Shown one piece after another: positions 51,719-61,661 of a DNA stretch of 64,000 nt. The stretch comes from Promethearchaeota archaeon (GTDB lineage Archaea > Asgardarchaeota > Lokiarchaeia > Sigyniarchaeales > SOKP01), in the NCBI GenBank assembly GCA_029838195.1, contig JALGVJ010000011.1, positions 48,044 to 112,043 of the forward strand, in the 5' to 3' direction. The translations under genes were made by a program, and so were the position numbers. The notes beneath the pieces are model-generated. The model saw nothing but the letters and a program-made list of their open reading frames with translations. It did not search any database and was not told the origin of the DNA. Position 1 is the first letter of the stretch; every line of letters begins with the position of its first letter.

Positions 51719-53811
51719 TTTTAAACACTATCAAGATAAAAAATATTCGCAGCATAAAAGAATTGGAATTAACCTTTCCTGAATCCATCATTCTATTTTT
51801 CGGAGATGTCGGAAGCGGTAAATCCTCTGTATTAAAAGCCATAGAATTTGCTTTATTTGGGACCATGGGAGACTTACCCGCTGAATCGTTATTAAGAAGA
51901 GGAGAGAGCCGCGGTTCAGTTGAACTTCATTTTACGCTCAATGGAAAACCGTATAGTATTTATCGTGAACTCAAAAAAACTATAAAGCAAGGTAAAGAAA
52001 GCATCACGCAATCTAAAAAAGGATGGTTGATAGAAGACGGAACTAAAACCGAATATTCTGCTTCTGAATTAAGAAAAAAAATTTTAAACTTACTGAACTA
52101 TTCGACCGAACGCTATAAATCAGCAAATAGAAAATGCGTGGATATTTATCGATACACGGTCTACACGCCTCAAGAAGAAATTAAAGAAATCTTGATAGCA
52201 AAACCGAAAGATCGTTTTAATATTCTCAAGGATGTTCTTGAAATTGAAAAATATGAACACGTGATTGCGAATTTAGAGGAGATAAAAAAGCAACTGAAAG
52301 ACGATCTCAAGACTTTAAAAATAAAAATTAATAATATTGGTAATCCCGAAGAAGAAATTCCCGAAAAAAAGCAAGAAATTGAAACATCAAGCGCTAAAAT
52401 ACAAGAGCTAGCTCAAGCAATAACTAATAAAAAGACAGAATTAGAAACATTAAAAGGAATCAAGGATATGATCGATAAGGACCTCAATGAACTCTCAAAT
52501 AAAATGGGGGAAATGAATGCTCTTCAAGAAATCATCCAGAAAGAATCCCAATCACACCAACAGCAAGAATCTAATCTAAAAAAAAACGATTCGAAACTCA
52601 AACAAACGCAAGAAAAATTAGATGCCCTCCCATTAATTGAATTAGACGAAAAGGTAAATAAAAAAGACTTAACCACGCAAATTGAGGATTTAAGAAAAGA
52701 AGAAATTGCCCTCAGGCAAAAAGAAACACGTTTGAATAACTCGATTGAACAAATTGAACAGCTCCTAGCAGATAATAAATGTCCCCTCTGTAATCAAAAA
52801 ATTCATGAAAAAGAGCGTTTTGAGAAGGAATTAGTCGACTTTAGAAATAATTTAAAAAAAGTCCTCCAGGATTTAGAAAATATTAAAAAGATGCTAGACG
52901 ATAAAAAACAATTGCTTGAAAAAGTGCAGAAACGTTATGAAATCGAAATCGAGAAGAAGAATCTCACGAGTTTGTTGCATGAACAACAAGAGCAACACGA
53001 GATTCTTAAAAATCAAGTGCAATCGTCTAAAGAAAAAATTGAAGAAGCGCAAAAAAAAATGAATGAAATATTAGTTCAATACGAGATTTCTTCCTTCGAG
53101 GAATTACAATCTAAAGAAAAAGAAATAAAAGAAAATTTAAATAAACAAAATGAAAAAATGAATGAAGTCCAAGAGGAATTAACGAATTTAGAAAGAGAAA
53201 AAAGTGCCTTGGAAGAAAATATTAAGCATTTAAACCAAGAATTACTAATTTTGAAAGAAAACTTGAAAGAAAAAGAAAAGCTACTTAAGAGAAAAGCCTT
53301 TAAGACGGAAATACATGATTGGGTTAGTGATCAATTACCCGTTCTTTTCCGCGACATCGAGCGCAATGTTTTAGCAGCTACAGCTCAAGACTTTTCCAAT
53401 TATTTTAGGGAATGGTTCGCTGAATTGGTCCAAGATCCTAACATTGAACTCGAAGTAGATCCTCAAAACCTCCAACCCACTATTTACATGAATGGACATG
53501 AATCGCCCTTTAGGGACATGTCTGGAGGGGAAAAAAGCGCCTTATCCCTGGCATATCGCCTTGCACTAAATCAAATCATTAATCTCAAGCATCCAAACGT
53601 CAAAACAAGGGACTTACTCATCCTTGATGAGCCCACCGATGGTTTCAGTGAAGCTCAAGTAAATAAAATGCAAGAGGTATTTAATAAACTGAACACCAAA
53701 CAACTCATCATCATTTCTCATGAACGCACCCTCGATTCATTCGTTTCCGATATTTTCAATTTTACCAAAACCCACCACGTGACTCGCGTCATGAGAGAAA
53801 CGAAATCTTGA
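51715..53811 (+). CDS. rad50: Rad50 ATPase (short coiled coil)
   Basis: NIRS, GDVGSGKSS, Q-loop PQEE, Zn hook CPLC, MSGGE, LDEPT, ISH; ATGA overlap with mre11. Confidence 0.95.
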   Translation: MILNTIKIKNIRSIKELELTFPESIILFFGDVGSGKSSVLKAIEFALFGTMGDLPAESLLRRGESRGSVELHFTLNGKPYSIYRELKKTIKQGKESITQSKKGWLIEDGTKTEYSASELRKKILNLLNYSTERYKSANRKCVDIYRYTVYTPQEEIKEILIAKPKDRFNILKDVLEIEKYEHVIANLEEIKKQLKDDLKTLKIKINNIGNPEEEIPEKKQEIETSSAKIQELAQAITNKKTELETLKGIKDMIDKDLNELSNKMGEMNALQEIIQKESQSHQQQESNLKKNDSKLKQTQEKLDALPLIELDEKVNKKDLTTQIEDLRKEEIALRQKETRLNNSIEQIEQLLADNKCPLCNQKIHEKERFEKELVDFRNNLKKVLQDLENIKKMLDDKKQLLEKVQKRYEIEIEKKNLTSLLHEQQEQHEILKNQVQSSKEKIEEAQKKMNEILVQYEISSFEELQSKEKEIKENLNKQNEKMNEVQEELTNLEREKSALEENIKHLNQELLILKENLKEKEKLLKRKAFKTEIHDWVSDQLPVLFRDIERNVLAATAQDFSNYFREWFAELVQDPNIELEVDPQNLQPTIYMNGHESPFRDMSGGEKSALSLAYRLALNQIINLKHPNVKTRDLLILDEPTDGFSEAQVNKMQEVFNKLNTKQLIIISHERTLDSFVSDIFNFTKTHHVTRVMRETKS

Positions 53812-54002
53812 AATCATTTAAAAATTAGTATCATTCTCCTAAATCTAATGCATTTCAAATAATTTTGACAAAAATCCAAGTAGTAATTTAACCAAAAATA
53901 AAAACTCATGAATTTGATTAAAATAAAGCAGGGTATTATCCCGAATTCTAATATTAAAAAATTAAAAAAATATTAAATCAAAAAACGTAGTTGATATGAA
54001 AC

Positions 54003-55064
54003 ATGGTCTGGTATTATTGCGAATTCTGCAACATGAATGTCCAAATAAAGGAAGGAGCCCTCAAAAAGTGTAAAACTTGCGGCCATTTCGTTCATGAAAA
54101 GCCCCTCACTAATGAAGAAAGAAAACGAAGAAAACGAGAACGTACTACTTATTGCGAACATTGTGATTTAATGGTATACGCCATTCCCGTTGAATTAGCC
54201 ATGAAAATGGTGCAAGAAGAAACCTCCTATACAGCGAATTTAATTAAAAATCCCCCCAAAGAGCCTTATTTTGTAGAAGATCGGCGCTATAAAGGGGGAT
54301 ATCGCATGACTCCTGCTGGTGAATGCTCATGCTGCCTCTGTTCTATTTTATGTTCTCTAATCTTAATTTTCATCGTTATAGCAATAGCTACCTATGGAAT
54401 TGCATTGATCGGACTCATTCCTGTTTTATATTATTATAAGAAAAAAGCAGACAAGAAAAAAGCAAATCTTTTAAATATTCAACAAGAAGGTCAAAACCTC
54501 ATGAATATTTTGTATTCGATTAGCACGAGATACCGCTTTGTTTGCAGGCGTTGCTTTAATGGCGTTGAGCTAAATAAAGCCCCCAAGCTCCAAATTGATA
54601 AAAAACTCATCGCTTCCCAAATATCCGAAGATAATCGCTCAACTAGATTTTGCGAGCTCTGTGGAACGGAAAATAAAGTTAGCAACAAATTCTGTGTCTA
54701 TTGCGGGAATGAAATGAGATCATTAAATTCATCAAATTTAGAAGCTTCTAATTTGTTAGAAAAATGCGAATCTCCCATTGAAGTGCAATTCTTCATCGCA
54801 GCAATCAAATATATTCCAAATTTAATCCCCCAAGTAAATATCGGGCCATATCGCGTGGATTTCGCTGTTTTAGAAAAAAAAGTAGTAATAGAATTGGACG
54901 GCCACGATTATCACTCGTCGAAAATCCAACGCACGAAAGATGCAGAACGACAGCGATACTTACAACAAAATGGATATACGGTTGTAAGATTCACGGGTAC
55001 AGAAATCCATAACGATGTGAATAAATGCGTATGGGATGTCTTGGAGATTTTAAACAAAAAATAA
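54003..55064 (+). CDS. Multi-Zn-ribbon, membrane-associated DUF559 (Vsr-like) endonuclease
   Basis: Six CxxC motifs, central hydrophobic segment, C-terminal ESPIE, YRVDF, IELDGHDYH, GYTVVRF. Confidence 0.85.
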   Translation: MVWYYCEFCNMNVQIKEGALKKCKTCGHFVHEKPLTNEERKRRKRERTTYCEHCDLMVYAIPVELAMKMVQEETSYTANLIKNPPKEPYFVEDRRYKGGYRMTPAGECSCCLCSILCSLILIFIVIAIATYGIALIGLIPVLYYYKKKADKKKANLLNIQQEGQNLMNILYSISTRYRFVCRRCFNGVELNKAPKLQIDKKLIASQISEDNRSTRFCELCGTENKVSNKFCVYCGNEMRSLNSSNLEASNLLEKCESPIEVQFFIAAIKYIPNLIPQVNIGPYRVDFAVLEKKVVIELDGHDYHSSKIQRTKDAERQRYLQQNGYTVVRFTGTEIHNDVNKCVWDVLEILNKK

Positions 55065-55084
55065 ACTAATTCTAAAAAAAGTAC
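54962..55084 (+). repeat. Direct repeat copy 1 (~120 bp; 3' end of the DUF559 gene and trailer)
   Basis: acaacaaaatggatatacggttgt...aaaaaaagtac, repeated at 56265-56384. Confidence 0.9.
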
Positions 55085-55322
55085 AAACCAAAATAAATCA
55101 AAATTCTAACTTATCATTTATTTCCTCGCTTTTTTATCGTGTTATCTTAAAGAAAAAATCAATAGTTAATTTTTCTCTAAAAACTCAGGAATAGTGTTAT
55201 AAATTTTCGGGTTCTAACAAATTACATTTACTTGGAATATTATTTTATCTATACCAAAGAATATTAAAGAAAAAATAAATTATATTATAATAACATTAAT
55301 TCTATTCAAAATAAGAATTGAA

Positions 55323-55556
55323 TTGAAACAATTAAATTACCGTATTTTACTCCGGAAGGAACCAGAAGGAGGTTATACTGTAATAGTTCCAAGTTTACCC
55401 GGATGTGTTACTTTTGGAGATACTATTGATGAAGCTCTTTTAATGGCAAAAGAAGCCATTTTATTATATATTGAGAGTTTACGAACTCACGGGGAAGAAA
55501 TTCCTACAGAAGAAAATACTCTGGAATACACTATGAGTGTGAACATTGACGCCTAA
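55323..55556 (+). CDS. hicB: HicB antitoxin
   Basis: EPEGGYTVIVPSLPGCVTFGDTIDEAL.MAKEAI. Confidence 0.93.
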   Translation: MKQLNYRILLRKEPEGGYTVIVPSLPGCVTFGDTIDEALLMAKEAILLYIESLRTHGEEIPTEENTLEYTMSVNIDA

Positions 55557-55761
55557 GCTTCCTGCTTTAAAACCAAAAAAAATTATTAAGATATTAAAGG
55601 AAAAAGGGTTTCAATTAGATCGAATTAAAGGGAGCCATCATATTTATTATCACCCAACATCAAAAAAGAGAGTAATTGTACCTGTTCATAAAAAAGAATT
55701 ACCTAAAGGAACCCTAATGGAAATACTAAAACAAGCAGGTATTAAAAAAGATGATTTATAA
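55546..55761 (+). CDS. hicA: HicA mRNA interferase toxin
   Basis: KGF..DRIKGSH...VPVH..ELPKGTL..ILKQAG; overlaps hicB. Confidence 0.93.
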   Translation: MTPKLPALKPKKIIKILKEKGFQLDRIKGSHHIYYHPTSKKRVIVPVHKKELPKGTLMEILKQAGIKKDDL

Positions 55762-56264
55762 TAAGAATTTAAGATCTCGTTTTCCTTGATTTATTTTGAT
55801 TAAATAATTATTTCTTTCCTTGATTTTAAACGCCCAATATCAACATCTTAGCTAAATATTAAAAATTAAACGTGAAGGACTCTTGAAACTTGTTTTCAAT
55901 ATTTTCCTTTTTAAAAACACAAAATAGAACCTTAATTCATGTTATTTCATAAAATAAGAAATATCTTTTCATTAAGGTTATAATAATATTCCACGAAGAA
56001 GGAAAGAAATATCGATAAGCAATTTATACCTATTCCATTAAACACCATACCATTTATTAACCCTAATTTTTTCGAAAAAATAATCCAATCAACTAAAAAC
56101 GCGGACATGATGAGGGGAGGGCTATATCTTCCTATAAAATTAAGTTTTTTTATACCAACATTGAAGAATTAGCGAATTATTTCAATTTATTTTCCTTTGG
56201 AAACATGATGATCTAAATGAGAGAAGTCTACAAAACAATACTTAAATATAAAATTGCAATAAGG

Positions 56265-56384
56265 ACAACAAAATGGATATACGGTTGTACGATTCACGGG
56301 AACCTAATCCATAAAGATGTGAATAAATACGTATGGATCTCTTGGAAATTTTATATAAAAAATAAACCAATTTAAAAAAAGTAC
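56265..56384 (+). repeat. Direct repeat copy 2 (degenerate, frameshifted copy of the DUF559 3' end)
   Basis: Aligns to 54962-55084 with scattered substitutions and single-base indels. Confidence 0.9.
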
Positions 56385-56548
56385 TCAAACAATTTTAAAT
56401 TTAAAAAAATAATAGAAAATGAAAATTAAAATCTCTTTCGTACAAGCTAAGTCTTTTTTCAAGCACTTCTTTTTCAAACAATTTCCTTAATTATTCAAAT
56501 ATTCCTAAATTAGTTTCTGAAAAAAAAGGAAAAAATAAAAAAATCTCA

Positions 56549-57196
56549 TTATTTTAAGGCATTAATGATTAACTTCGCTACTTTTTCTCCCGAAAGAAGC
56601 ATACCTCCGAAAATAGGGCCCATGCGCTGCCCTCCCGAGCAAGCATTAGCGGCCATCCCTGCCACATATAAGCCGGGATATATCTCTTTCGTGGTTTCCA
56701 ATAAGATTTTCTCGCCAATTTCCGCATTCATGGGAAGCTCGCCCATAATGCTCCATGTTGGCGTATTTAATCGGGCTCCAGGTATTTTTCGCAAAACAAC
56801 ATTGATCACGCTACAATCATGCCCCGTCGCATCTACCACGCATTTACTTTCAAATGTCATGGGGTCTACGTGTAATTTCGCCATTTCTACTGCACTCCAA
56901 TTTACTACAACTCCCGTGACACGATTCTGCTCATTAATCTTCACGTCTTCCACCGTAATTAAATTAAAAATCTTGACCCCCGCATCAATCGCTTTCGCCG
57001 TGAGCTTTCCCACGGATTCGATGGCATCTGCCACGTAATACCCCGAAGAAAATTCTTCCGATTTAATTCCATATCCATCCAAAATCCGTTTTGCTTCATC
57101 TTGAACCACGATTTTATTAAACATCATGTCTCCTCCTAACATGCCGCCGCCAATCGAAAGCTTCCTCTTAAAAATTACGGTCTTATACCCCGCCTC
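56549..57196 (-). pseudogene. thi4: 5'-truncated sulfide-dependent thiazole synthase (THI4)
   Basis: LHVDP, DATGHD, RMGPIFGGMLLSG; homology runs to EAGYKTVIFKRKLSIGGG then stop at 57197-57199; N-terminal GxGxxG missing; GGMWGGG degraded to GGMLGGD. Confidence 0.85.
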
Positions 57197-57287
57197 TTAC
57201 TTAAAAGAGTTAAACATTGGGGAAAAAAAAATTTAAAAGAGCGCATTGATATTAATTTTAAAACATTAATTTAAAGAGCTGCCCAGA

Positions 57288-58325
57288 ATGATAATCGAAA
57301 TCATCGCTTTTTTAACAATGTTGATGGCTCTTTTTCCCTGCTTTCTAATTTATAATAAACAAAAAATTAAATCCCTCCTTTATTTAATGATGGGTTTAAT
57401 ACTTTTCGCCTTATGGGCATTATTCGTGATTCTTTCCCTAATATTATTCAGTGCCGTGTTCATGATATTTTCAAGTATCGCAGTAACTACGGGAGCCCTT
57501 TCCTTTTTTCTATTTGCAGAAGAAATTTGGAAAAAAAACCGGCTAATGGAGATGCTCATGCTTTTTTTTCAAGGCGCCTTGATCTATTCTTTATTGACCA
57601 ATCCCGTCCACTTCAATGGCATGTATTGGGTTATTCATCCCTCGTCGACCTTTATTGGAAGCGGTTTATATTTGATTACGGGCTTGACGATTTTTTTCGC
57701 CGGTTTAAAAATGGTAAGAAAAAGTAAAGATCTCCAAAAAAAAAGCATTCGCATCGCTTCTTTCATTTTCATGGCAAATATTATAATTAATATCCCACTT
57801 GGCATAATTATCAACTCCTTATCCATCACCATGCCAGAATTTCAGTCCTTTTATGGCACTCCCTTGATTTCTCTTGCCTTGCTGCTCGTAATCTCTATTA
57901 TAATTAATCCATATGTAGTATATCTCCTACCGGTAAAAGTAGAAGCCCTGTACGTCCTCCACGCATCCGGCATCCCCGTGTATTCGAAAAAATTAACCAG
58001 CAAAATTACCCATGACCCCGTCTTAATAACAGGAGGCTTTAAAGGAATACTCGAAATGATTGGAGCCATTTTAGGCACCAGCAAGACCACAGCCATTATC
58101 ATCGAAAATTTCACGGTTGAAATTGCAACCAGCGACGATTTTCATGCCATCCTCGTCTTAAATAATACCAATGAAATGGTGAGCAAGCAATTGAAAAAAT
58201 TTATCCACGCCGTCGCAAAAACCTGCAAGAATAAAGATGCAGCTTTCTCTGACCAAATGGAAGAAATTATAACACCTTTAATAAAAAAAGAGTTGAAAAT
58301 CTTATTCGAATTATACCTAATCTAA
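57288..58325 (+). CDS. 7-TM membrane protein with C-terminal longin/roadblock-like domain
   Basis: Seven hydrophobic segments, then LYVLHASGIPVYS...DPVLITGGFKGI..MIGAILG. Confidence 0.75.
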   Translation: MIIEIIAFLTMLMALFPCFLIYNKQKIKSLLYLMMGLILFALWALFVILSLILFSAVFMIFSSIAVTTGALSFFLFAEEIWKKNRLMEMLMLFFQGALIYSLLTNPVHFNGMYWVIHPSSTFIGSGLYLITGLTIFFAGLKMVRKSKDLQKKSIRIASFIFMANIIINIPLGIIINSLSITMPEFQSFYGTPLISLALLLVISIIINPYVVYLLPVKVEALYVLHASGIPVYSKKLTSKITHDPVLITGGFKGILEMIGAILGTSKTTAIIIENFTVEIATSDDFHAILVLNNTNEMVSKQLKKFIHAVAKTCKNKDAAFSDQMEEIITPLIKKELKILFELYLI

Positions 58326-58819
58326 CCCTTTTTTTTCCTTACATTTTAAATTCCACTGCATCCCAAAATAAAAATGCATGCCTCTCTTTATCTAAATTCA
58401 CACCCCCCCACTAATCTCTCCTCAAATAAAGAACTTGCCAAATTTCTTCCTTTAATTTCGCCTCCTTGATCCCAATTCACTTAAAAATTAATCTAAAAAT
58501 TAATCGTAAAATTTATCCTCTTCTCCACCGCCTCTGTCTTATATTATTTTCTCTCTCTACCATTACCCCATCTAAAATTTATGATTCCTTAAACTTTTCT
58601 TTACCTTAAATATTAACATGCTGGACGCTATCGCACGTGAAATGAATTACAAGAAAAACAAGAAAGCTATTACTTTTAGATCGATGAAAAAGTAAGATTA
58701 AAATGCAAATATGCAAGCTACAAATATTTTTATGGATGAGAGAAAATAAAAATTATCTTAAAAACTAGCAAGAAAAAAAAGCATTTTAAGGAGGATAATT
58801 TAAATTCATACCCTTTACT

Positions 58820-59125
58820 TTAATGAGGATCTTGTACCCCTAACAACACTAATTTATCATTGCTTTTTATACCTCTTACCTCATTTTTCTCATAATAAAT
58901 GCCGGAACCTTTCTTCAAGGAAAAGGTCTTTGATTCTTTAGTAAAAATACCTGATCCCTGTAAAACAAGAAAAAAAACAGCATAAGGTTCCGGATGAGGT
59001 AGAATTTCTTGATTATTTCCCAAATAGACTGTCACAATGTTGAAATTCCCCGTTTTAAGAATGTCCTTTTTTATGATATTCTCTTCAGAAAGATTCCTAT
59101 CAGAAATGATATTTTCCCATACCAT
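58820..59125 (-). CDS. Cupin domain protein
   Basis: QEILPHPEP..VFFLVLQGSG. Confidence 0.85.
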   Translation of the reverse strand: MVWENIISDRNLSEENIIKKDILKTGNFNIVTVYLGNNQEILPHPEPYAVFFLVLQGSGIFTKESKTFSLKKGSGIYYEKNEVRGIKSNDKLVLLGVQDPH

Positions 59126-59153
59126 GTTTTATCCCCTCTTTTTTTTATTTGAT

Positions 59154-59969
59154 TTATTTGTTTTTATTTTTCATCATCATTTTAGGACCTCCCCCCGGTT
59201 CAGAGAAGCGTTTTGGCATGGTTTTTGCGTGTAATACGAAATTAAGGCCAAATAATGCTAATATCCAGAGGATTAGGATGAGAATACTGTTTCCGCTCGA
59301 AATTATATTAGTTTGGTCGACAGCACTTCTTAAGAGCTCTGTTAAGAACGTTATCGGTGAGAAATAATATATAAAAGCTACAGTAGAAGGCATTTCTTGT
59401 AACGGAATAAAAATCCCTCCAATAAATAAGAGAGGAAATTTTATCAAGTTCATTAGAACCATTATCTCTGATGTTTGATCCGTGGGTTTAGCCGACATTA
59501 AAAGACCTAAAAGAGACCCGAAAATGCCCATCAACACAATTCCTAAAAAAATTAAAAAGTAGGAGATAATTGAAAGCATGAAAAGGGAGAGTAAAGCGAG
59601 AAAAATTATAGCAATTATTGAGGTAATGATCACGGAATAAAGCGTAGATGCAAGAGTAATCCCTAATAAAATTTCATTTAAAGAAAGGGGGGCGCTTAGA
59701 AGTCGTTCTAATGATTTTTCTCGTGTTTCTATGGGTAGAATTACAGGACTTACTGCGGTGGCGGTAAAAAAAGAAGTCATTGCGACAATACTGATAAAAA
59801 TTTGTACAAGAGAAATTGACCTTCCTAGTATCCAAGAGAGAACCATGAAAAAGGGAAACAACAATCCAAAAATTAAAACCGGTCCTTTATTAATATAAAG
59901 AGTAATATTTTTTTTTATTAGAGCCCAAATGTTATTTATAATTTCATATTTCATGATGAACCCCTCCAT
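59154..59969 (-). CDS. ABC-2 type permease (start probably ATG 59954)
   Basis: Six TM, LERLLSAPL, FIGGIFIPL, SPITF. Confidence 0.9.
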   Translation of the reverse strand: MEGFIMKYEIINNIWALIKKNITLYINKGPVLIFGLLFPFFMVLSWILGRSISLVQIFISIVAMTSFFTATAVSPVILPIETREKSLERLLSAPLSLNEILLGITLASTLYSVIITSIIAIIFLALLSLFMLSIISYFLIFLGIVLMGIFGSLLGLLMSAKPTDQTSEIMVLMNLIKFPLLFIGGIFIPLQEMPSTVAFIYYFSPITFLTELLRSAVDQTNIISSGNSILILILWILALFGLNFVLHAKTMPKRFSEPGGGPKMMMKNKNK

Positions 59970-60918
59970 TTGAGTGTGAATCGGTTTTGATCAAATGAAT
60001 AAACACTTCTTCCAAACTGGTTTCCTTTAATGCGAAATCAGATATATTAATTTTATTTTTATTTATAAATTCATTGAGCTTTGAAATATCCTCTAAGGGA
60101 TTATTAGAAATTATACTTATTCGGTTGTTTGACTCTTCTATTATGTTAAAGAAAGTTTTTAGATCGTTTTTCTGTTCTACAGATAAGCTACCTTGAACCT
60201 TGAAAAGTAGGGTTGAAGAGGGTTTGAATTTTTTACGTAGATCATCAGGACTTTCATCGGCAATAATTTTACCATGGTTCATTATAAGGATTCTATCACA
60301 AATTTGTTGAGCTTCTTGCATGTTATGGGTTGTAATTAGGATTGTTTTTCCTTCTTCTTTTAGATCTAAAATTTGTTTACGGACGACTCCTACGGACATA
60401 GGGTCTAACCCACTCGTAGGTTCGTCCAAAATTAGAATCAATGGTTCATGCAACAGAGCTAAGCACAAATTAACCCGCTGCCTTAATCCTTTTGAAAGAG
60501 CCTTTATCTTGGTGTGCATTTTATCCTTTAATTCAAATCGTTCTAATAACGTGCTCGTGCGCGCTGTGATCCTCTTCTTTGATAATCCATAAATCGTACC
60601 AAAAAAAATAAAATTTTGCAACACGGTATAATTAGAGTAAGCATTGCTCACTTCAGGAACTATGCCAAATTGTTTTTTTAATTGTTTAGGTGAATTAGTT
60701 AGATCTTGTGAATAAATCATTACTTTCGCTTCATTCTCTAGTTTAAAAATTCCAGTAATTAATCGAATGGTAGTGGTTTTACCGGCACCATTTGGACCTA
60801 AGATCCCTACGATTTCTCCCTCATTGATTTTGAAGGATATTCTATCAACAGCAACTAAATCATCAAATCTTTTCGTCAAATTATGCGCTTCAATGGCAAT
60901 TTTTTTCGAAGAACTCAT
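59944..60918 (-). CDS. ABC transporter ATP-binding protein (DrrA-like)
   Basis: GPNGAGKTT, LSKG, LDEPT, TTH, SLEEVF. Confidence 0.95.
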   Translation of the reverse strand: MSSSKKIAIEAHNLTKRFDDLVAVDRISFKINEGEIVGILGPNGAGKTTTIRLITGIFKLENEAKVMIYSQDLTNSPKQLKKQFGIVPEVSNAYSNYTVLQNFIFFGTIYGLSKKRITARTSTLLERFELKDKMHTKIKALSKGLRQRVNLCLALLHEPLILILDEPTSGLDPMSVGVVRKQILDLKEEGKTILITTHNMQEAQQICDRILIMNHGKIIADESPDDLRKKFKPSSTLLFKVQGSLSVEQKNDLKTFFNIIEESNNRISIISNNPLEDISKLNEFINKNKINISDFALKETSLEEVFIHLIKTDSHSNGGVHHEI

Positions 60919-60924
60919 CTTTTT

Positions 60925-61077
60925 CTACTTTTTCTCCTTTTTTATAGATTTTAAATAATCTAACCCATGACATTCTATTATTTGCTTTTCAGTACATTTG
61001 GCATCCTTATATGAGTCTCGAATCTCTGGTTTAACACACTCACATTCATGGATAAATTCAATTTTTTCTTCTTTCAT
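60925..61077 (-). CDS. 50-aa Cys/His-rich peptide, first gene of the ABC operon (not in ORF track)
   Basis: MKEEKIEFIHECECVKPEIRDSYKDAKCTEKQIIECHGLDYLKSIKKEKK*, ends 6 bp before the ABC ATG. Confidence 0.7.
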   Translation of the reverse strand: MKEEKIEFIHECECVKPEIRDSYKDAKCTEKQIIECHGLDYLKSIKKEKK

Positions 61078-61139
61078 TTTTTTTAATACCCTTTAGCAAA
61101 ACTATTTTAATTTTATTATTTATTATTAATATATAAAGG

Positions 61140-61197
61140 GAAGTATTTATACTTTCAAGAGTGAAGTATTGAATCAACTTCCCATGTAGGAAGTATT
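61140..61197. promoter_or_regulatory. Putative HxlR operators
   Basis: TACTT-N9-AAGTA (61150-61168) and ACTTCC-N6-GGAAGT (61177-61194); gaagtatt occurs three times between the divergent genes. Confidence 0.55.
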
Positions 61198-61211
61198 GGT
61201 GAAAATTTACC

Positions 61212-61604
61212 TTGTGTAATAATGAAAATACTCATGAAGAAAGGGATACATTAGATTGGCATTGCTTACGACATGAGAATATTAAAGATTGTATTGAAGA
61301 ATGTAAAGTCCAGAGTATATTAAACCTATTTGGAAAAAAATTCGCAATGCCAATAATTCGCTTGTTACTAATTAATAAAAAAATGCGTTTTAATCAAATT
61401 TTAGAGAATATTAAAGGTAGCCCGAAAACGATAACTTCAAGATTGCGGGATTTAGAAAAAGCCGGATTAATTAGAAGAGAAGTGTTTAACGAAATACCGA
61501 TTAGGGTCGAATATTCTTTAACAAAAAGAGGAATCTCTTTGGAAGATATTTTTGAAAGATTTGCTCGTTGGGCTTTAAATACAAACTGGGAAATGCCTGA
61601 ATAG
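61212..61604 (+). CDS. HxlR-family winged-helix regulator
   Basis: MRFNQI, SPKTITSRLRDLE..GLIRR..FNEIPIRVEYSLT. Confidence 0.92.
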   Translation: MCNNENTHEERDTLDWHCLRHENIKDCIEECKVQSILNLFGKKFAMPIIRLLLINKKMRFNQILENIKGSPKTITSRLRDLEKAGLIRREVFNEIPIRVEYSLTKRGISLEDIFERFARWALNTNWEMPE

Positions 61605-61661
61605 GATTTAACAATCTCCAATTTTTAACGACTACCTTTAAAAAATGTAAAAAACTAAAAT

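Noticed and set aside
54962-56384. Repeat pair as DGR template/variable regions
   Set aside because: Differences are not confined to adenines, include indels, and no reverse transcriptase is in the window
56565-57038. 157-aa plus-strand ORF
   Set aside because: Antisense shadow of thi4
971-61621. Numerous short ORFs overlapping longer genes (e.g. 2871, 3888, 23888, 29036, 32507, 33635, 48462, 57413, 60320)
   Set aside because: They lie within or opposite genes with clear family motifs and show no motifs of their own
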